Assembly: GCA_963665125.2 (NCBI GenBank)
Contig: CAXXUK010000001.1
Coordinates: forward strand, 2,816,001-2,880,000
Length of the DNA stretch: 64,000 nucleotides
Direction: 5' to 3'
DNA from: an uncultured Desulfarculus sp.
GTDB lineage: Bacteria > Desulfobacterota > Desulfarculia > Desulfarculales > Desulfarculaceae
The translations under genes and the position numbers were made by a program. Below the pieces are notes generated by a model that did not search any database, had not been told where the DNA came from, and saw nothing but the letters and a program-made list of their open reading frames with translations. This document shows, one piece after another, positions 31,484-40,867 of the stretch (positions within the stretch are counted from its first letter, which is position 1; each line of letters begins with the position of its first letter).

Positions 31484-32056
31484 CTATTTACTATTACGCG
31501 CCGCGGAAGCGATCATGATCATGGACCAGCCGTTGAAGATCAGGCTGATGCCCACCATTACACCCAAGACCCAGGCCGCCGTGCTGGGCCATTCGCCCAG
31601 GATCATCAGGCCCAGGAGTATGCTGATGCCGGCGCTGAACAGCACCCAGGTCCAACCCTTGTGGGCGCGCATACGAAAGGCCATCACCGCCCGGACTCCG
31701 CCGTCGGCCAGAAGCGCACAGGCCAAAAGCAAGGTCAGGCTCAAGGCCGAAAAAATGGGATGGGCCAAGACCATGGCCCCGGCCAGGCAGTAAACCACGC
31801 CCACCAGGGCGCTCCAAAAAACGTCTTTCCAGCCCTTGGACTTGAATGCGTGGATAAATTGCGCCGCTCCGGCGACGATGAAAACCCAGCCCAATACCAA
31901 GGTGATGGCCAGGGTAAACGGTGCGGGAACAGCCACGGCCACCGTGCCCACCAGGACCAGCGCAATGCCCAGGCCCATGAACCAACGCCAATTTTCCTTG
32001 ATCGCACCGGCAGCGGGATAGCCGCCCATGTTCCCCGTCACTTCCTGTTCGCCCAT
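31484..32056 (-). CDS. HdeD/DUF308 membrane protein
   Basis: Six TM helices, WP..AAWVLG..GISLIFNGW. Confidence 0.85.
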   Translation of the reverse strand: MGEQEVTGNMGGYPAAGAIKENWRWFMGLGIALVLVGTVAVAVPAPFTLAITLVLGWVFIVAGAAQFIHAFKSKGWKDVFWSALVGVVYCLAGAMVLAHPIFSALSLTLLLACALLADGGVRAVMAFRMRAHKGWTWVLFSAGISILLGLMILGEWPSTAAWVLGVMVGISLIFNGWSMIMIASAARNSK

Positions 32057-32150
32057 ATCTCAACCCTCCGGTAAATCAAATGTTTCGTTGTTCGATGATG
32101 GGCGTATTGGGTGCGCTGTGTCAAGAGGCAGTGGCCGAGACTTTAAAATG

Positions 32151-32942
32151 TCAAAACCATCCGCCGTGCTGACGGCCTATTGTCGCCATGAGATAAGGCG
32201 CCAGCAGAAGCCCCGCGAACAAGCCGAAAATGGTGAGCACCACCAAAAGAGAGGCCAAAACCTGACGTTTGTAGATGCCTTGGGCCCCGGCCAGGCCGAT
32301 AATAAGGATCACCACGCCCCAAATCCCGGCGATTATGGAGCCCAGCACAGGTATGGCCATGAATATATTGGCGGCTTGGCTGTAGGATACAAAACGGAAA
32401 GTGGCGACAAAACCGTTTTTTGAGCCGCCGACCATCCACAAGCCGAAGTGGTAGACCAGGGCGCTGAGATACATCACCGCCAAGACCAGCATCGGCGAAA
32501 AGATCAATAGGAGCAAACCAAGATCACCGGCCCAGGTTTCATCGCCCAGCAAGCGGCCCCAAAGGCCTTCGAAACACAGGCCCAGGGTGCCCACCACCAG
32601 GCCGAAGCCCAGAGTCGCCGCCTGGCTTCGAGGCGCCGGGGTGGCAAGGGTCTTGCCCGGATGCAGCAAAATCTGCCAGATGGTGCGCCAGAGGTTGATC
32701 AGCACGGAGCCCTCGCCCTCCCAGGCCGGCGGCTTGGGCTCATTGTCCCGGGGCGGCTCGTAGCGGCGGGCGCAGTCCCAGTCTCCCCGGGGCGGCGTTC
32801 GATCCGGCGCGGGCGGCGGCGTCTGACTGGGCAGGTCTATTTGCTGGTTGCAGGTGGGGCACAGCACGGTGCCGGGCAGTGAGCCGGTTTCTGCATCGGC
32901 GGAGTCGAATTCCATTCCGCAAAAGGCGCATAAAACCATCAT
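32151..32942 (-). CDS. Zinc-ribbon plus Yip1 domain membrane protein
   Basis: CAFC..CPTC, PAWE, ILLHP, ATFRFVSYS; ATGA overlap with the upstream gene. Confidence 0.8.
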   Translation of the reverse strand: MMVLCAFCGMEFDSADAETGSLPGTVLCPTCNQQIDLPSQTPPPAPDRTPPRGDWDCARRYEPPRDNEPKPPAWEGEGSVLINLWRTIWQILLHPGKTLATPAPRSQAATLGFGLVVGTLGLCFEGLWGRLLGDETWAGDLGLLLLIFSPMLVLAVMYLSALVYHFGLWMVGGSKNGFVATFRFVSYSQAANIFMAIPVLGSIIAGIWGVVILIIGLAGAQGIYKRQVLASLLVVLTIFGLFAGLLLAPYLMATIGRQHGGWF

Positions 32943-33223
32943 TTGCCCTTTTTCCGGACATAGCTGCTCTTGCGACGGGACCAGCGGCGCAGAAATCCGC
33001 CCATGCCGTCGCCATCGGTCTGGGCGGCCTTTTCCTCGGCTAGGCGGCCTTGTCCCTGGGTGGAGCGGTCGCCGCTGACGGCCTTGCGCAGGCACTCGAC
33101 CCTGTGCCTGCAGTCCCAACAGGATGCGGACACCTCCCTCATGCCGTCCGGACCAATGGGGAACACCACTTCAAGGCTGCTGAAGCATTCTTTGGTTTGT
33201 TGTATGTCGTCGGTTTGATCCAC
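32939..33223 (-). CDS. Small Cys-containing hypothetical protein
   Basis: CF..LEVVFP..CWDC..VEC; GGAGGGG RBS; coupled to the Yip1 gene. Confidence 0.7.
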   Translation of the reverse strand: MDQTDDIQQTKECFSSLEVVFPIGPDGMREVSASCWDCRHRVECLRKAVSGDRSTQGQGRLAEEKAAQTDGDGMGGFLRRWSRRKSSYVRKKGK

Positions 33224-33309
33224 CGTCAGGCCCCTCCCGGCGCGTGGGCGCCTCAGCCAAAAGCATAAGGTCCCCGGCCGCGCCGGTCAAGCCCGCAGTG
33301 GCTGGCGCA

Positions 33310-33924
33310 TCATGAGCCGCCGAACATCGAATGGACCTTGAGGATGCGTTTGGCCACATCAACCAACCGCAGATTATGGGCCCGGCAGTATTGGCGCATG
33401 GAGTGATAGGCCTCGTCCTCGCTGAGCCCACGGGCGAACATCAACGAGTACTTGGCCCTTTCGATAAGCCGGCGGTTTTCCAGTTCCTCGTTGAGCCGCT
33501 CCACCTCGGCCTCCAGGGCCTTGATCCGGGCGGCATAATCCAGGGACGGCTGGATCAGCGCCGCCAACTGGGCCGGGTCCTGGGGAGCGGGCACCAGGCC
33601 CACCACCTGGGGCGCGGGTTTGCCCGCGTTTTCATCCATATTCGCCTGGTCGATGATGCGGCAGCTCAACTCGTCGACCTCAGTACAGGCCACCAGGACC
33701 ATGGAGCCACGCCTGGCCAGTTCCGGAGTGATTATCCGCACTTCCTCGTCGGAAAAACCGCTGGTGTCCCAAACCACCAGGGATTCGGAGGAGTCCGGCT
33801 CCGGCAATGGAGGCAGCTGTATACGGTTGACCGATGTACCCAGATTGAGGGTCAAGGACTGGTCAACCAAGCCGCCAAGGGGCGAATCGTTCTTTTGGAT
33901 AAGCAATACCTTGTTCTGTGCCAC
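33310..33924 (-). CDS. ANTAR domain protein with degenerate receiver
   Basis: LENRRLIERAKYSLM..GLSEDEAY..MR; AAAAGGAG RBS before GTG 33924. Confidence 0.88.
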   Translation of the reverse strand: MAQNKVLLIQKNDSPLGGLVDQSLTLNLGTSVNRIQLPPLPEPDSSESLVVWDTSGFSDEEVRIITPELARRGSMVLVACTEVDELSCRIIDQANMDENAGKPAPQVVGLVPAPQDPAQLAALIQPSLDYAARIKALEAEVERLNEELENRRLIERAKYSLMFARGLSEDEAYHSMRQYCRAHNLRLVDVAKRILKVHSMFGGS

Positions 33925-33953
33925 GGTCCGTCTCCTTTTGACGAACCGGTATG

Positions 33954-33970
33954 CGCAACATCCGGGCCAG
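33954..33970 (-). promoter_or_regulatory. sigma54 (-24/-12) promoter of the ANTAR gene
   Basis: CTGGCCC-GGATG-TTGCG (GG-N10-GC), with an AT-rich tract upstream. Confidence 0.65.
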
Positions 33971-34273
33971 CGTGTCACCGAGCATTTTTGATTAATATTT
34001 CAATTAGATAATTGGCAATTGGGCATGCGCCCGCGCACTGATTTACCGAAACGCTGCGACGGGATTACCGTAATTCGACAGGGAACAGCCAACCGCCGGT
34101 CAGACGGACCATGACCATGGCTTATGCCCCTATGGACCTTGGCCTGACGGCGCCTCGTGCAAGGGCACCAATTAAGGTAATTTCGAAAATAAAGGAAGGC
34201 CGCTCCACTCGGCAAAGTCCCGGTCTTGCCGAATAGTGGTTTGGAACGCCTGGGACGCCCTTTCGGCTACCGC

Positions 34274-35308
34274 CTAATTGCGCCGGGTCAGAACATATGA
34301 GGGGATGGACATCAGGGTGTCCATTTCGGCGCCCCCGGCCTTTGCCGCCAGCGGCTCCAGGGCCCGTTGGGCCTCCAGGGAGTAGCGGGCCGCCTGGCCA
34401 AAGGTGTATTCCACGCCGCCGTCGTCGCGGATGATCTGCTTGGCCTGTTCCACGGCTTCGGGTTCGGTGCGGCTGCGCCCAACCAGACTCATGAGCTGTT
34501 GCCGCACGCCGGCTTCGGCAGTGTCGCGCACATGGATCAGCGGCAGGGTTATCTTGCCCTCGGCCAGGTCATGACCCACGGGCTTGCCGAATTCATGCTG
34601 GGTGCCCACGTAATCCAGGGCGTCGTCCACGAGTTGAAAGGCAATGCCCAGGTTGAGGCCGTAGCGGTAAAGAGCATCTATCACGGCATCATCTGCCCCG
34701 CCGTAGATTGCGCCCATCTGGCAGGCCGCGGCCAGCAGCACGGCCGTCTTGGCCACGATGACCTCCAGATATCCCTGGGGGCTCAGCGCCAGGTCGTCGG
34801 TGCGTAAAAGCTCCAGCACCTGGCCTTCGGCCATGTGGGTGGTGCAATCGGTCAAGGCGTTGATAAAACGGTGGTCCGGTAGTTCTGCGGCTAGGGAATA
34901 GCTTTTGGAAAAAAGAAAATCACCAACCAGGATCACGGCCTCGTTGCCGTAGACCTTACGGGCCGCCGGGCGTCCCCGCCGCAGCCCGGCCTCGTCGATG
35001 ACGTCGTCGTGCAAAAGGGTGGCCGCATGGAGATATTCGAATATCGTCGCATACTTTGGATCGGCCACCTTGCCCACCGCCGCCGCTGCCAACAAAAAAA
35101 GCACCGGCCGCAAGCGCTTGCCGCCGCTGAAGATGATGTAATCGCTTACTTTTTCGATGTACTCGACGTGGCTGTGCAGGGTTTCGCGCAGGGCCTGGTC
35201 CGCCGGAGCGGCCAAGGCCAGCACCCGCGACTTCAACTCGGCGTTGTCAAGGGGACCCTTGACCAGGGCGGCGTCAACCGGTTGCGCGCCTTCCAGGGAA
35301 GGCGTCAT
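34274..35308 (-). CDS. ispB: Polyprenyl (octaprenyl-type) diphosphate synthase
   Basis: GGKRLRP, LLHDDVID, RRG, FQLVDD, GKITLP. Confidence 0.9.
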   Translation of the reverse strand: MTPSLEGAQPVDAALVKGPLDNAELKSRVLALAAPADQALRETLHSHVEYIEKVSDYIIFSGGKRLRPVLFLLAAAAVGKVADPKYATIFEYLHAATLLHDDVIDEAGLRRGRPAARKVYGNEAVILVGDFLFSKSYSLAAELPDHRFINALTDCTTHMAEGQVLELLRTDDLALSPQGYLEVIVAKTAVLLAAACQMGAIYGGADDAVIDALYRYGLNLGIAFQLVDDALDYVGTQHEFGKPVGHDLAEGKITLPLIHVRDTAEAGVRQQLMSLVGRSRTEPEAVEQAKQIIRDDGGVEYTFGQAARYSLEAQRALEPLAAKAGGAEMDTLMSIPSYVLTRRN

Positions 35309-35422
35309 GGATCGTATTTGTGTGGCTTGCAAGGCTTGGCTTTCTCCGGAAATATCTTTCTCACCCCATATCCGAAACCAGCCTGCTTGTCAACGCCGCT
35401 GTGGCCAAAGCCAACCAATTGC

Positions 35423-35710
35423 CTAGTTGGGGTGGGCCAAGGCGATGGTGGTGTACATCAGCGGATAGCTATCCACGGTCTTGCGGTTGAGATACATGCT
35501 CAAGGCCAGTTTGCCCGCGTTGGGCAAACCCGGACGCAGGTCGCGGTTTACGCCCTCGGGCAGGGGCATGGCAACGCTGTCTCCATTGTCGCTGCGCAGA
35601 CGCGATTCAAGAACCTCGGCCAGAAAGACCGCATTGGGCCGGGACAGGATCTGAGACGGGCTTTCCTGGACAACTTCAGACGCTGGCATTTGGCCGATGT
35701 ACTGCATCAT
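35423..35710 (-). CDS. Small hypothetical protein (95 aa), sigma54-driven
   Basis: GGAGAG RBS and a consensus sigma54 promoter directly upstream. Confidence 0.55.
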   Translation of the reverse strand: MMQYIGQMPASEVVQESPSQILSRPNAVFLAEVLESRLRSDNGDSVAMPLPEGVNRDLRPGLPNAGKLALSMYLNRKTVDSYPLMYTTIALAHPN

Positions 35711-35742
35711 TCTCTCCGCGTTAATGTCTGCGCGGATGACAT

Positions 35743-35758
35743 TGCAAGGCCGGTGCCA
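35743..35758 (-). promoter_or_regulatory. sigma54 promoter
   Basis: TGGCAC-CGGCC-TTGCA, exact consensus. Confidence 0.75.
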
Positions 35759-35957
35759 GAAGTGCCACCAACATTGTTGTGTTAAATTCAATCAGTTACG
35801 ACGCAACCAACCCATGACCGTTTTCCGCGGGGCAATTTGTGCCGCGCATTTTTGGCCGCAGGCAATTCAAGCCCGGCGTTGGCGGGGCAGGCTTTGCAAA
35901 AATGAATTGACGAACCAGACCACACGGAATATAGGAACAGTGCATAATTAAGTTGAT

Positions 35958-36044
35958 GCCCGGGTGGTGGAATTGGTAGACACAGGGGACTTAAAATCCC
36001 CAGCCTGTAAGGGCGTACGAGTTCGAGTCTCGTCCTGGGCACCA
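35958..36044 (+). tRNA. tRNA-Leu (TAA)
   Basis: GCCCGGG/CCTGGGC acceptor, GGGGA-CTTAAAA-TCCCC anticodon arm, long variable arm, TTCGA, encoded CCA. Confidence 0.97.
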
Positions 36045-36053
36045 AGTGATAAC

Positions 36054-36088
36054 GAGGGGTTAGCTTTCACGGCTGGCCCCTTCTTTTT
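36054..36088 (+). terminator. Terminator after tRNA-Leu
   Basis: ggggttagc / gctggcccc stem followed by ttcttttt. Confidence 0.8.
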
Positions 36089-36255
36089 GCGCTAAATTAC
36101 AAAGTGTGCCTGTTTGTGTGCCCGCGCTTTTATCCAAAAACTCTTCAACCCGCATCGCAGCCTGTTTTAAATCATTTAGGTTAACAATGTCATAGCGGTC
36201 GAAAAATAGATCTTGTTTTGTGGCCACTGACCGCCATCGCTACCCTTTCAGGTAC
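36060..36255 (-). pseudogene. Tyrosine integrase C-terminal remnant
   Basis: Manual translation VPERVAMAVSGHKTRSIF/DRYDIVN (box II H and catalytic Y) with a +1 frameshift in a T run near 36201-36206; truncated by IS3. Confidence 0.85.
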
Positions 36256-36318
36256 TGATCCAGCCCAGTTTTGACGGACACCCGATTAAGCGAGTAAATT
36301 GCTTAACGGAGGTGTTCG

Positions 36319-36618
36319 ATGCCATCACAGAAGAGCCAGAAGAAATCCACCAGGCGGCGCTATTCGCCGGAGTTCAAAATCGAAGCTCTGGGCTTGGCTG
36401 AGCAGGTTGGCGTTGCCGGTGCGGCCAAGCAGCTTGGCCTGCATGAGTCCCAGGTTTACGCTTGGCGCAAGAAGGCCCGCTATGAGGCCAGCCGCAGCGA
36501 GACCGAGAAGGAACTGGAGCTCGAAAACGCCAAGCTAAAACGGCAGTTGGCCAAGAAAGAAGAGGAGTTGGCCATATTAAAAAAGGCCGCGGCGTACTTC
36601 GCGAAAAGCCTGAAGTGA
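36319..36618 (+). CDS. IS3 transposase OrfA
   Basis: RRYSPEFK HTH, leucine zipper, ILKKAAAYFA. Confidence 0.93.
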   Translation: MPSQKSQKKSTRRRYSPEFKIEALGLAEQVGVAGAAKQLGLHESQVYAWRKKARYEASRSETEKELELENAKLKRQLAKKEEELAILKKAAAYFAKSLK

Positions 36619-37481
36619 AGTACGCGTTCATGCAGCAAAACGCAGGCACATTCAGCATCACGGCACAGTGTTTGGCCTTTGGCGTATCACGTGGCGGGTA
36701 TTATGGCTGGCGGAGCAGGCTGCAAAATCCCAGTCAGAGGCAGATGGAGCGTGAGAGGCTCGATCACCTGGTGAAAGAAGCCTTTGAAGTTCGCAAGGGC
36801 CGTAGCGGAGCAGTTGGGCTGACTCTCGACCTTGATGAGCAAGGCCGTAAATACAACCGCAAAACAGTGGCCAAGAGCATGAATAGACAGGGCCTGGTGG
36901 CCAAAGCGGCCAGGAAGTTCAAGGCCACCACGGATTCGGATCACGGTATGCCGGTGGCTCCAAATCTGTTGGCCCAGGACTTCAACGCAACGGCTCCAAA
37001 TCAGAAGTGGGTCTGCGACATTACATACCTTTGGACCGGCGAGGGCTGGTTGTATCTGGCGGTGGTGCTCGACCTGTTTTCGCGCATGGTGGTGGGCTGG
37101 GCCATGGATGAACGCATGAAGGCCGATTTAGTCTGTGACGCCTTGCAGATGGCCTTGTGGCGACGGCATATGTCCAAAGGTGTGTTGGTTCATTCGGATC
37201 GGGGCAGCCAGTATTGCTCTAGGAAATACCAGGCCCTTTTGACCAAGCATGAACTGGTTTGCAGCATGAGCGGCAGAGGCAACTGTTACGACAACGCCGT
37301 GGCCGAAAGCTTCTTCCATACTCTGAAAGTGGAACTGATCCACGGTGAGCACTTCGCCACCCGCCACGGTATGCGCCGTGCCGTATTCGAGTATATCGAG
37401 GTTGACTACAACCGAAACAGGAGACACAGTGCCAACGGATACATCAGCCCGCTGGCCTTTGAAAATCAAATTGTCGCTTAA
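36615..37481 (+). CDS. IS3 transposase OrfB (DDE)
   Basis: WVCDITY, HSDRGSQY, DNAVAESFF. Confidence 0.95.
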   Translation: MKYAFMQQNAGTFSITAQCLAFGVSRGGYYGWRSRLQNPSQRQMERERLDHLVKEAFEVRKGRSGAVGLTLDLDEQGRKYNRKTVAKSMNRQGLVAKAARKFKATTDSDHGMPVAPNLLAQDFNATAPNQKWVCDITYLWTGEGWLYLAVVLDLFSRMVVGWAMDERMKADLVCDALQMALWRRHMSKGVLVHSDRGSQYCSRKYQALLTKHELVCSMSGRGNCYDNAVAESFFHTLKVELIHGEHFATRHGMRRAVFEYIEVDYNRNRRHSANGYISPLAFENQIVA

Positions 37482-37511
37482 CCAAATGTCCGTTGTTGAT
37501 GGGTTAGATCA

Positions 37512-37807
37512 GTTAGTTGAAATGGGCCATACACATTGCCGCCGGCATTGTTGACCAGAACATCATTATCCTTCCCCTGACAATATTGAAAAACCTCATT
37601 TGGTGCATCGGGATCTGACAGATCAACAGGAAACATGTCCACATCCACCTGGAACTTCGATTCAATCTCCTGCTTTGCGCTGGCCAGCCTAGTACTGTTT
37701 TGAGAAACGAGCACCAGATCAAAGCCTTTTTCTGCCAGAACCCTCGAGATCTCTTTTCCTATGCCGGAAGAAGCTCCGGTAACCAACGCGGTTTTTTTCA
37801 CGCTCAT
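37512..37807 (-). pseudogene. SDR oxidoreductase truncated by IS3
   Basis: TGASSGIG and VLVNNAG present; ORF runs into the IS end before any YxxxK motif. Confidence 0.85.
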
Positions 37808-38017
37808 CTCCTTACATTGGAAGAAAACAACTTATTCTCAAGCCTTGGAGCACTGTTCTCACTCACTTGCTGACGCCTTGTCTGCCAATAGGTCTGATAT
37901 TTAAAGTGCGGGGGCCATGACGCCCCCCGCCCCCCGCAACCCCACATACGTTGTTTTATCTAGTTGAACTGTCGGGCAAACATTTCCGGATCAGCAGTCA
38001 GGCGGCGGGTTGTTTTT

Positions 38018-39904
38018 TTACGCCTCATTGAATCTCAGGTCACAATGCACCGAATAATTGGCCAGGGCGTTCTTGGCCTGCGCGGCTATCTCTTCCTTGG
38101 CAATGCCGGGTGTTGGCTCAACGATGATCTGAACACCGGTTCCGTGGATTTTGTCCTCGCCGACCTTGATTTCCAGATGCCGCACCATCGGCTCGATAAT
38201 CCGCAGCTCATTGGTGTACACCCGCTTGATGGCGTCCCATTGCAGGGCCGGCTTGAATATCTTGCCCACGGCGGTTAGGGGAATCGTATCCACCACATGC
38301 ACAGCCTTGGGAACCGCGGCCTTTTCCCCCAGGTTGTTTTTGGCCCAATCAACCAAATCGTCCTCATTGAGCTGAACACCTTCGGCCAGCTCGACATACG
38401 CCACCGGCACCTCCCCCGCATGTGGATCAGGCCGTCCCACGGCAGCGGCGACATTGACGCCTTCGAGCTTGTAGAGAGCTTCCTCGATGGTTGCCGGATC
38501 AATGTTGTGACCGCCCCTGATGATCAATTCCTTGCGCCGCCCGGTGAGCCAGAGGTAGCCGTCTTCGTCGATGCGGCCCAAATCGCCGGTATTGAACCAG
38601 CCGCCAGGCGCATCCAGCCAAATACCTTCGTTATGCTCGTCCTCCACATAACCCTTGAAAACGCAAGGGCCTGAGGTGCAGACCACACCGATCTCGTTTG
38701 TTTCGGCGTCCCGGGCATAGTTGCCATCCGGACCCAGGATGGCGATTTTAAACCAATGGTATGGGAGCCGTACTCCAACGCTGCCAATCTTGGCCAATCC
38801 GTCCTTGGGGTTGGTCGAAGAGGCGCACGCGGTTTCAGTCATGCCGAATCCTTCAATGATTTTGAGGCCGGAATAGGTCTCAAAGCGCTGGAACAACTCC
38901 ACGGAAAGAGGCGCCGCGCCGCACAGGGCGTATCTAAGGGAGCTGACGTCGCAGCCTCCAACCGGCACGCCCAGCAATACGCTTAAAACCGTGGGAACCG
39001 CTGAAAAGAAGGTTGGCCTGTAGTGCTCAACAATTTTCCAGAAATTGGCCATGGCGGCCTGATCGCGGTATCCGCTTGGCGGTAAAAGAACCACTTGGCC
39101 GCCAATGGAAAACGGCATGAGCCCGGTCACGCAGGTGCCATTGCAATGGAAAAGGGGCAGACCGCATATAACAGCTTCACCGGTCTGAAGCTCGGAGGCG
39201 ATGGCAATATCCCAGGCAAGGACCACCTCGTTATAGTGGGTCCTACGGGCCAGCTTGGGCCGGCCCGTCGTGCCGCCGGTGTGATACAGCGAGGCAATAT
39301 CATCCGGTTTTATGTCGCGCTCGAAAGTCAATCTATCCGCTGGATATGAATCGATTACCTGCTCATAGCCATATATGCCCTGTACTTCATCGCTTGGGCC
39401 CATGATCCTGACCACGGCGTTCAAAGATGGTATATGGTCTTTGATGGCCTCGGCCTTGGACCAGATATCCACGCCGGGCATTTCCGCAAGAGCGACCAGC
39501 ACCTTGGTGCCGGCGGCGTTGCAAATGTCCTTGATAGTATCTGCTTCAAGCATGGGATTGACCGGATTGGCTATGCCCACGGTTTCAGCGCCCCATAAGA
39601 CAAAGTGGGTCTGGGGGATGTTGGGCAACAGGTAGGTGACCACGTCCGTGGGACCAACACCAAGTTCATGCAGCAGGTTTGCGGTTTGGTTGATCCTTCC
39701 CAGCAATTGGCCATGCGTTATTTCAATGGCAGCATCATAGGCGTTGCCGTCCATTATGAAGCTGATGGCCGTGGCGTTGGGGTCGATCGCCGCTCCCCTT
39801 GATATAATTTCATATGTGCTGCTTTGAGTGATCCTTTCTTCAACGGGAATCTTTTCGATTTCGACTATGTCGTTTATATCTTCAATTTTGAAATGTTCGT
39901 ACAT
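38018..39904 (-). CDS. Acyl-CoA synthetase (AMP-binding)
   Basis: YHTGGTTGRPK, GFGMTE, FNTGDLG, IIRGGHNIDP, LTAVGKIFK. Confidence 0.92.
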   Translation of the reverse strand: MYEHFKIEDINDIVEIEKIPVEERITQSSTYEIISRGAAIDPNATAISFIMDGNAYDAAIEITHGQLLGRINQTANLLHELGVGPTDVVTYLLPNIPQTHFVLWGAETVGIANPVNPMLEADTIKDICNAAGTKVLVALAEMPGVDIWSKAEAIKDHIPSLNAVVRIMGPSDEVQGIYGYEQVIDSYPADRLTFERDIKPDDIASLYHTGGTTGRPKLARRTHYNEVVLAWDIAIASELQTGEAVICGLPLFHCNGTCVTGLMPFSIGGQVVLLPPSGYRDQAAMANFWKIVEHYRPTFFSAVPTVLSVLLGVPVGGCDVSSLRYALCGAAPLSVELFQRFETYSGLKIIEGFGMTETACASSTNPKDGLAKIGSVGVRLPYHWFKIAILGPDGNYARDAETNEIGVVCTSGPCVFKGYVEDEHNEGIWLDAPGGWFNTGDLGRIDEDGYLWLTGRRKELIIRGGHNIDPATIEEALYKLEGVNVAAAVGRPDPHAGEVPVAYVELAEGVQLNEDDLVDWAKNNLGEKAAVPKAVHVVDTIPLTAVGKIFKPALQWDAIKRVYTNELRIIEPMVRHLEIKVGEDKIHGTGVQIIVEPTPGIAKEEIAAQAKNALANYSVHCDLRFNEA

Positions 39905-39963
39905 GTCTGTTTTCCTATGAGAAACTGTTGTGGAAACAACCGCGTGCCGGGCCATTGAACGCC

Positions 39964-40773
39964 TTAGGCATGGATTGCCTTTCGAACCTGATGGTCGGTG
40001 ATCTTGTGGGTTAGGGACGGAAAGATCCTGTTTGCCAGGTCGATTGCCCGGGTAAAAGCTCCTGGTATTGTCAGATAGTCGCCTCTGGCGATGCCTTTCA
40101 TAACGGCATCAGCCACGGCTTCCAGGGAAAGCACCGGAACGGTTTGCGTGACCATTTTGTTTTCGTTGGTCCGGTACCTGTTAAGTTCTTCCACCATGGG
40201 GGAGTCGAATTCGCCAGGACAGGCGATCTGGACCTTTACATTGTGAGGTTTCAACTCGATGCGCAGGGTTTCCGTCAGGCCCATGACCGCAAATTTCGAG
40301 GAACAATAGGCCGAATAGCCAAAGCTGCCCATCTTGCCGGCCATTGAGCATATGTTTACAATCCTGCCGCCGCCCGCCTGAATGAAATGAGGAGTTATGG
40401 CCTTGGCGCAGTTCAGCACTCCAAAGTAATTGACCGCCATGACTTCACTGAAGGCATGTATAGGCAATTGATCAAAATAGCCTTCTTTGATTATTCCGGC
40501 GTTGCCTATCAGGATGTCTGGTGCGCCCAAGGTGTCGACAATTTCGTCGAAAAGGTTTTTCGCCGCTTGGTAGTCGGTTACATCGCAGGCAAAGGCATGC
40601 GGCTTCAGGTTTGTTTTGCCAAGCTCCGCCAATTCGTTTTTGGCTCTTTCAAGCTTTTCCTTGTTTCTGGCGATGATTACCACTTGGGCCTTTTGCTGCA
40701 AAAACCTCTCGGCCAGGGCCTTGCCCAGACCACTTGAGCCACCGGTAATTATGACCGTTTGGTTTTCATACAT
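39964..40773 (-). CDS. SDR oxidoreductase (KDSR-like)
   Basis: TGGSSGLG, NAG, YSAYCSSKF. Confidence 0.88.
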   Translation of the reverse strand: MYENQTVIITGGSSGLGKALAERFLQQKAQVVIIARNKEKLERAKNELAELGKTNLKPHAFACDVTDYQAAKNLFDEIVDTLGAPDILIGNAGIIKEGYFDQLPIHAFSEVMAVNYFGVLNCAKAITPHFIQAGGGRIVNICSMAGKMGSFGYSAYCSSKFAVMGLTETLRIELKPHNVKVQIACPGEFDSPMVEELNRYRTNENKMVTQTVPVLSLEAVADAVMKGIARGDYLTIPGAFTRAIDLANRIFPSLTHKITDHQVRKAIHA

Positions 40774-40867
40774 GTCCGCCCGCAACTCCTTTGCCCGCGG
40801 AAGCATCAATCAACATCCGGTATGCGGTGCCATGGGGCGGAGCCAAGGGGCTCCGCCCCACAACACG

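Larger units (their letters stand above)
36256..37511 (+). mobile_element. IS3-family insertion sequence, copy 1 (1256 bp)
   Basis: TGATCC...GATCA ends, orfA/orfB in -1 arrangement with A6G/A4G slippery sites. Confidence 0.95.

Noticed and set aside
34080..34170. c-di-GMP riboswitch upstream of the ANTAR gene
   Set aside because: Only superficial resemblance; the GNRA tetraloop/receptor core is missing and the region lies upstream of the sigma54 promoter.
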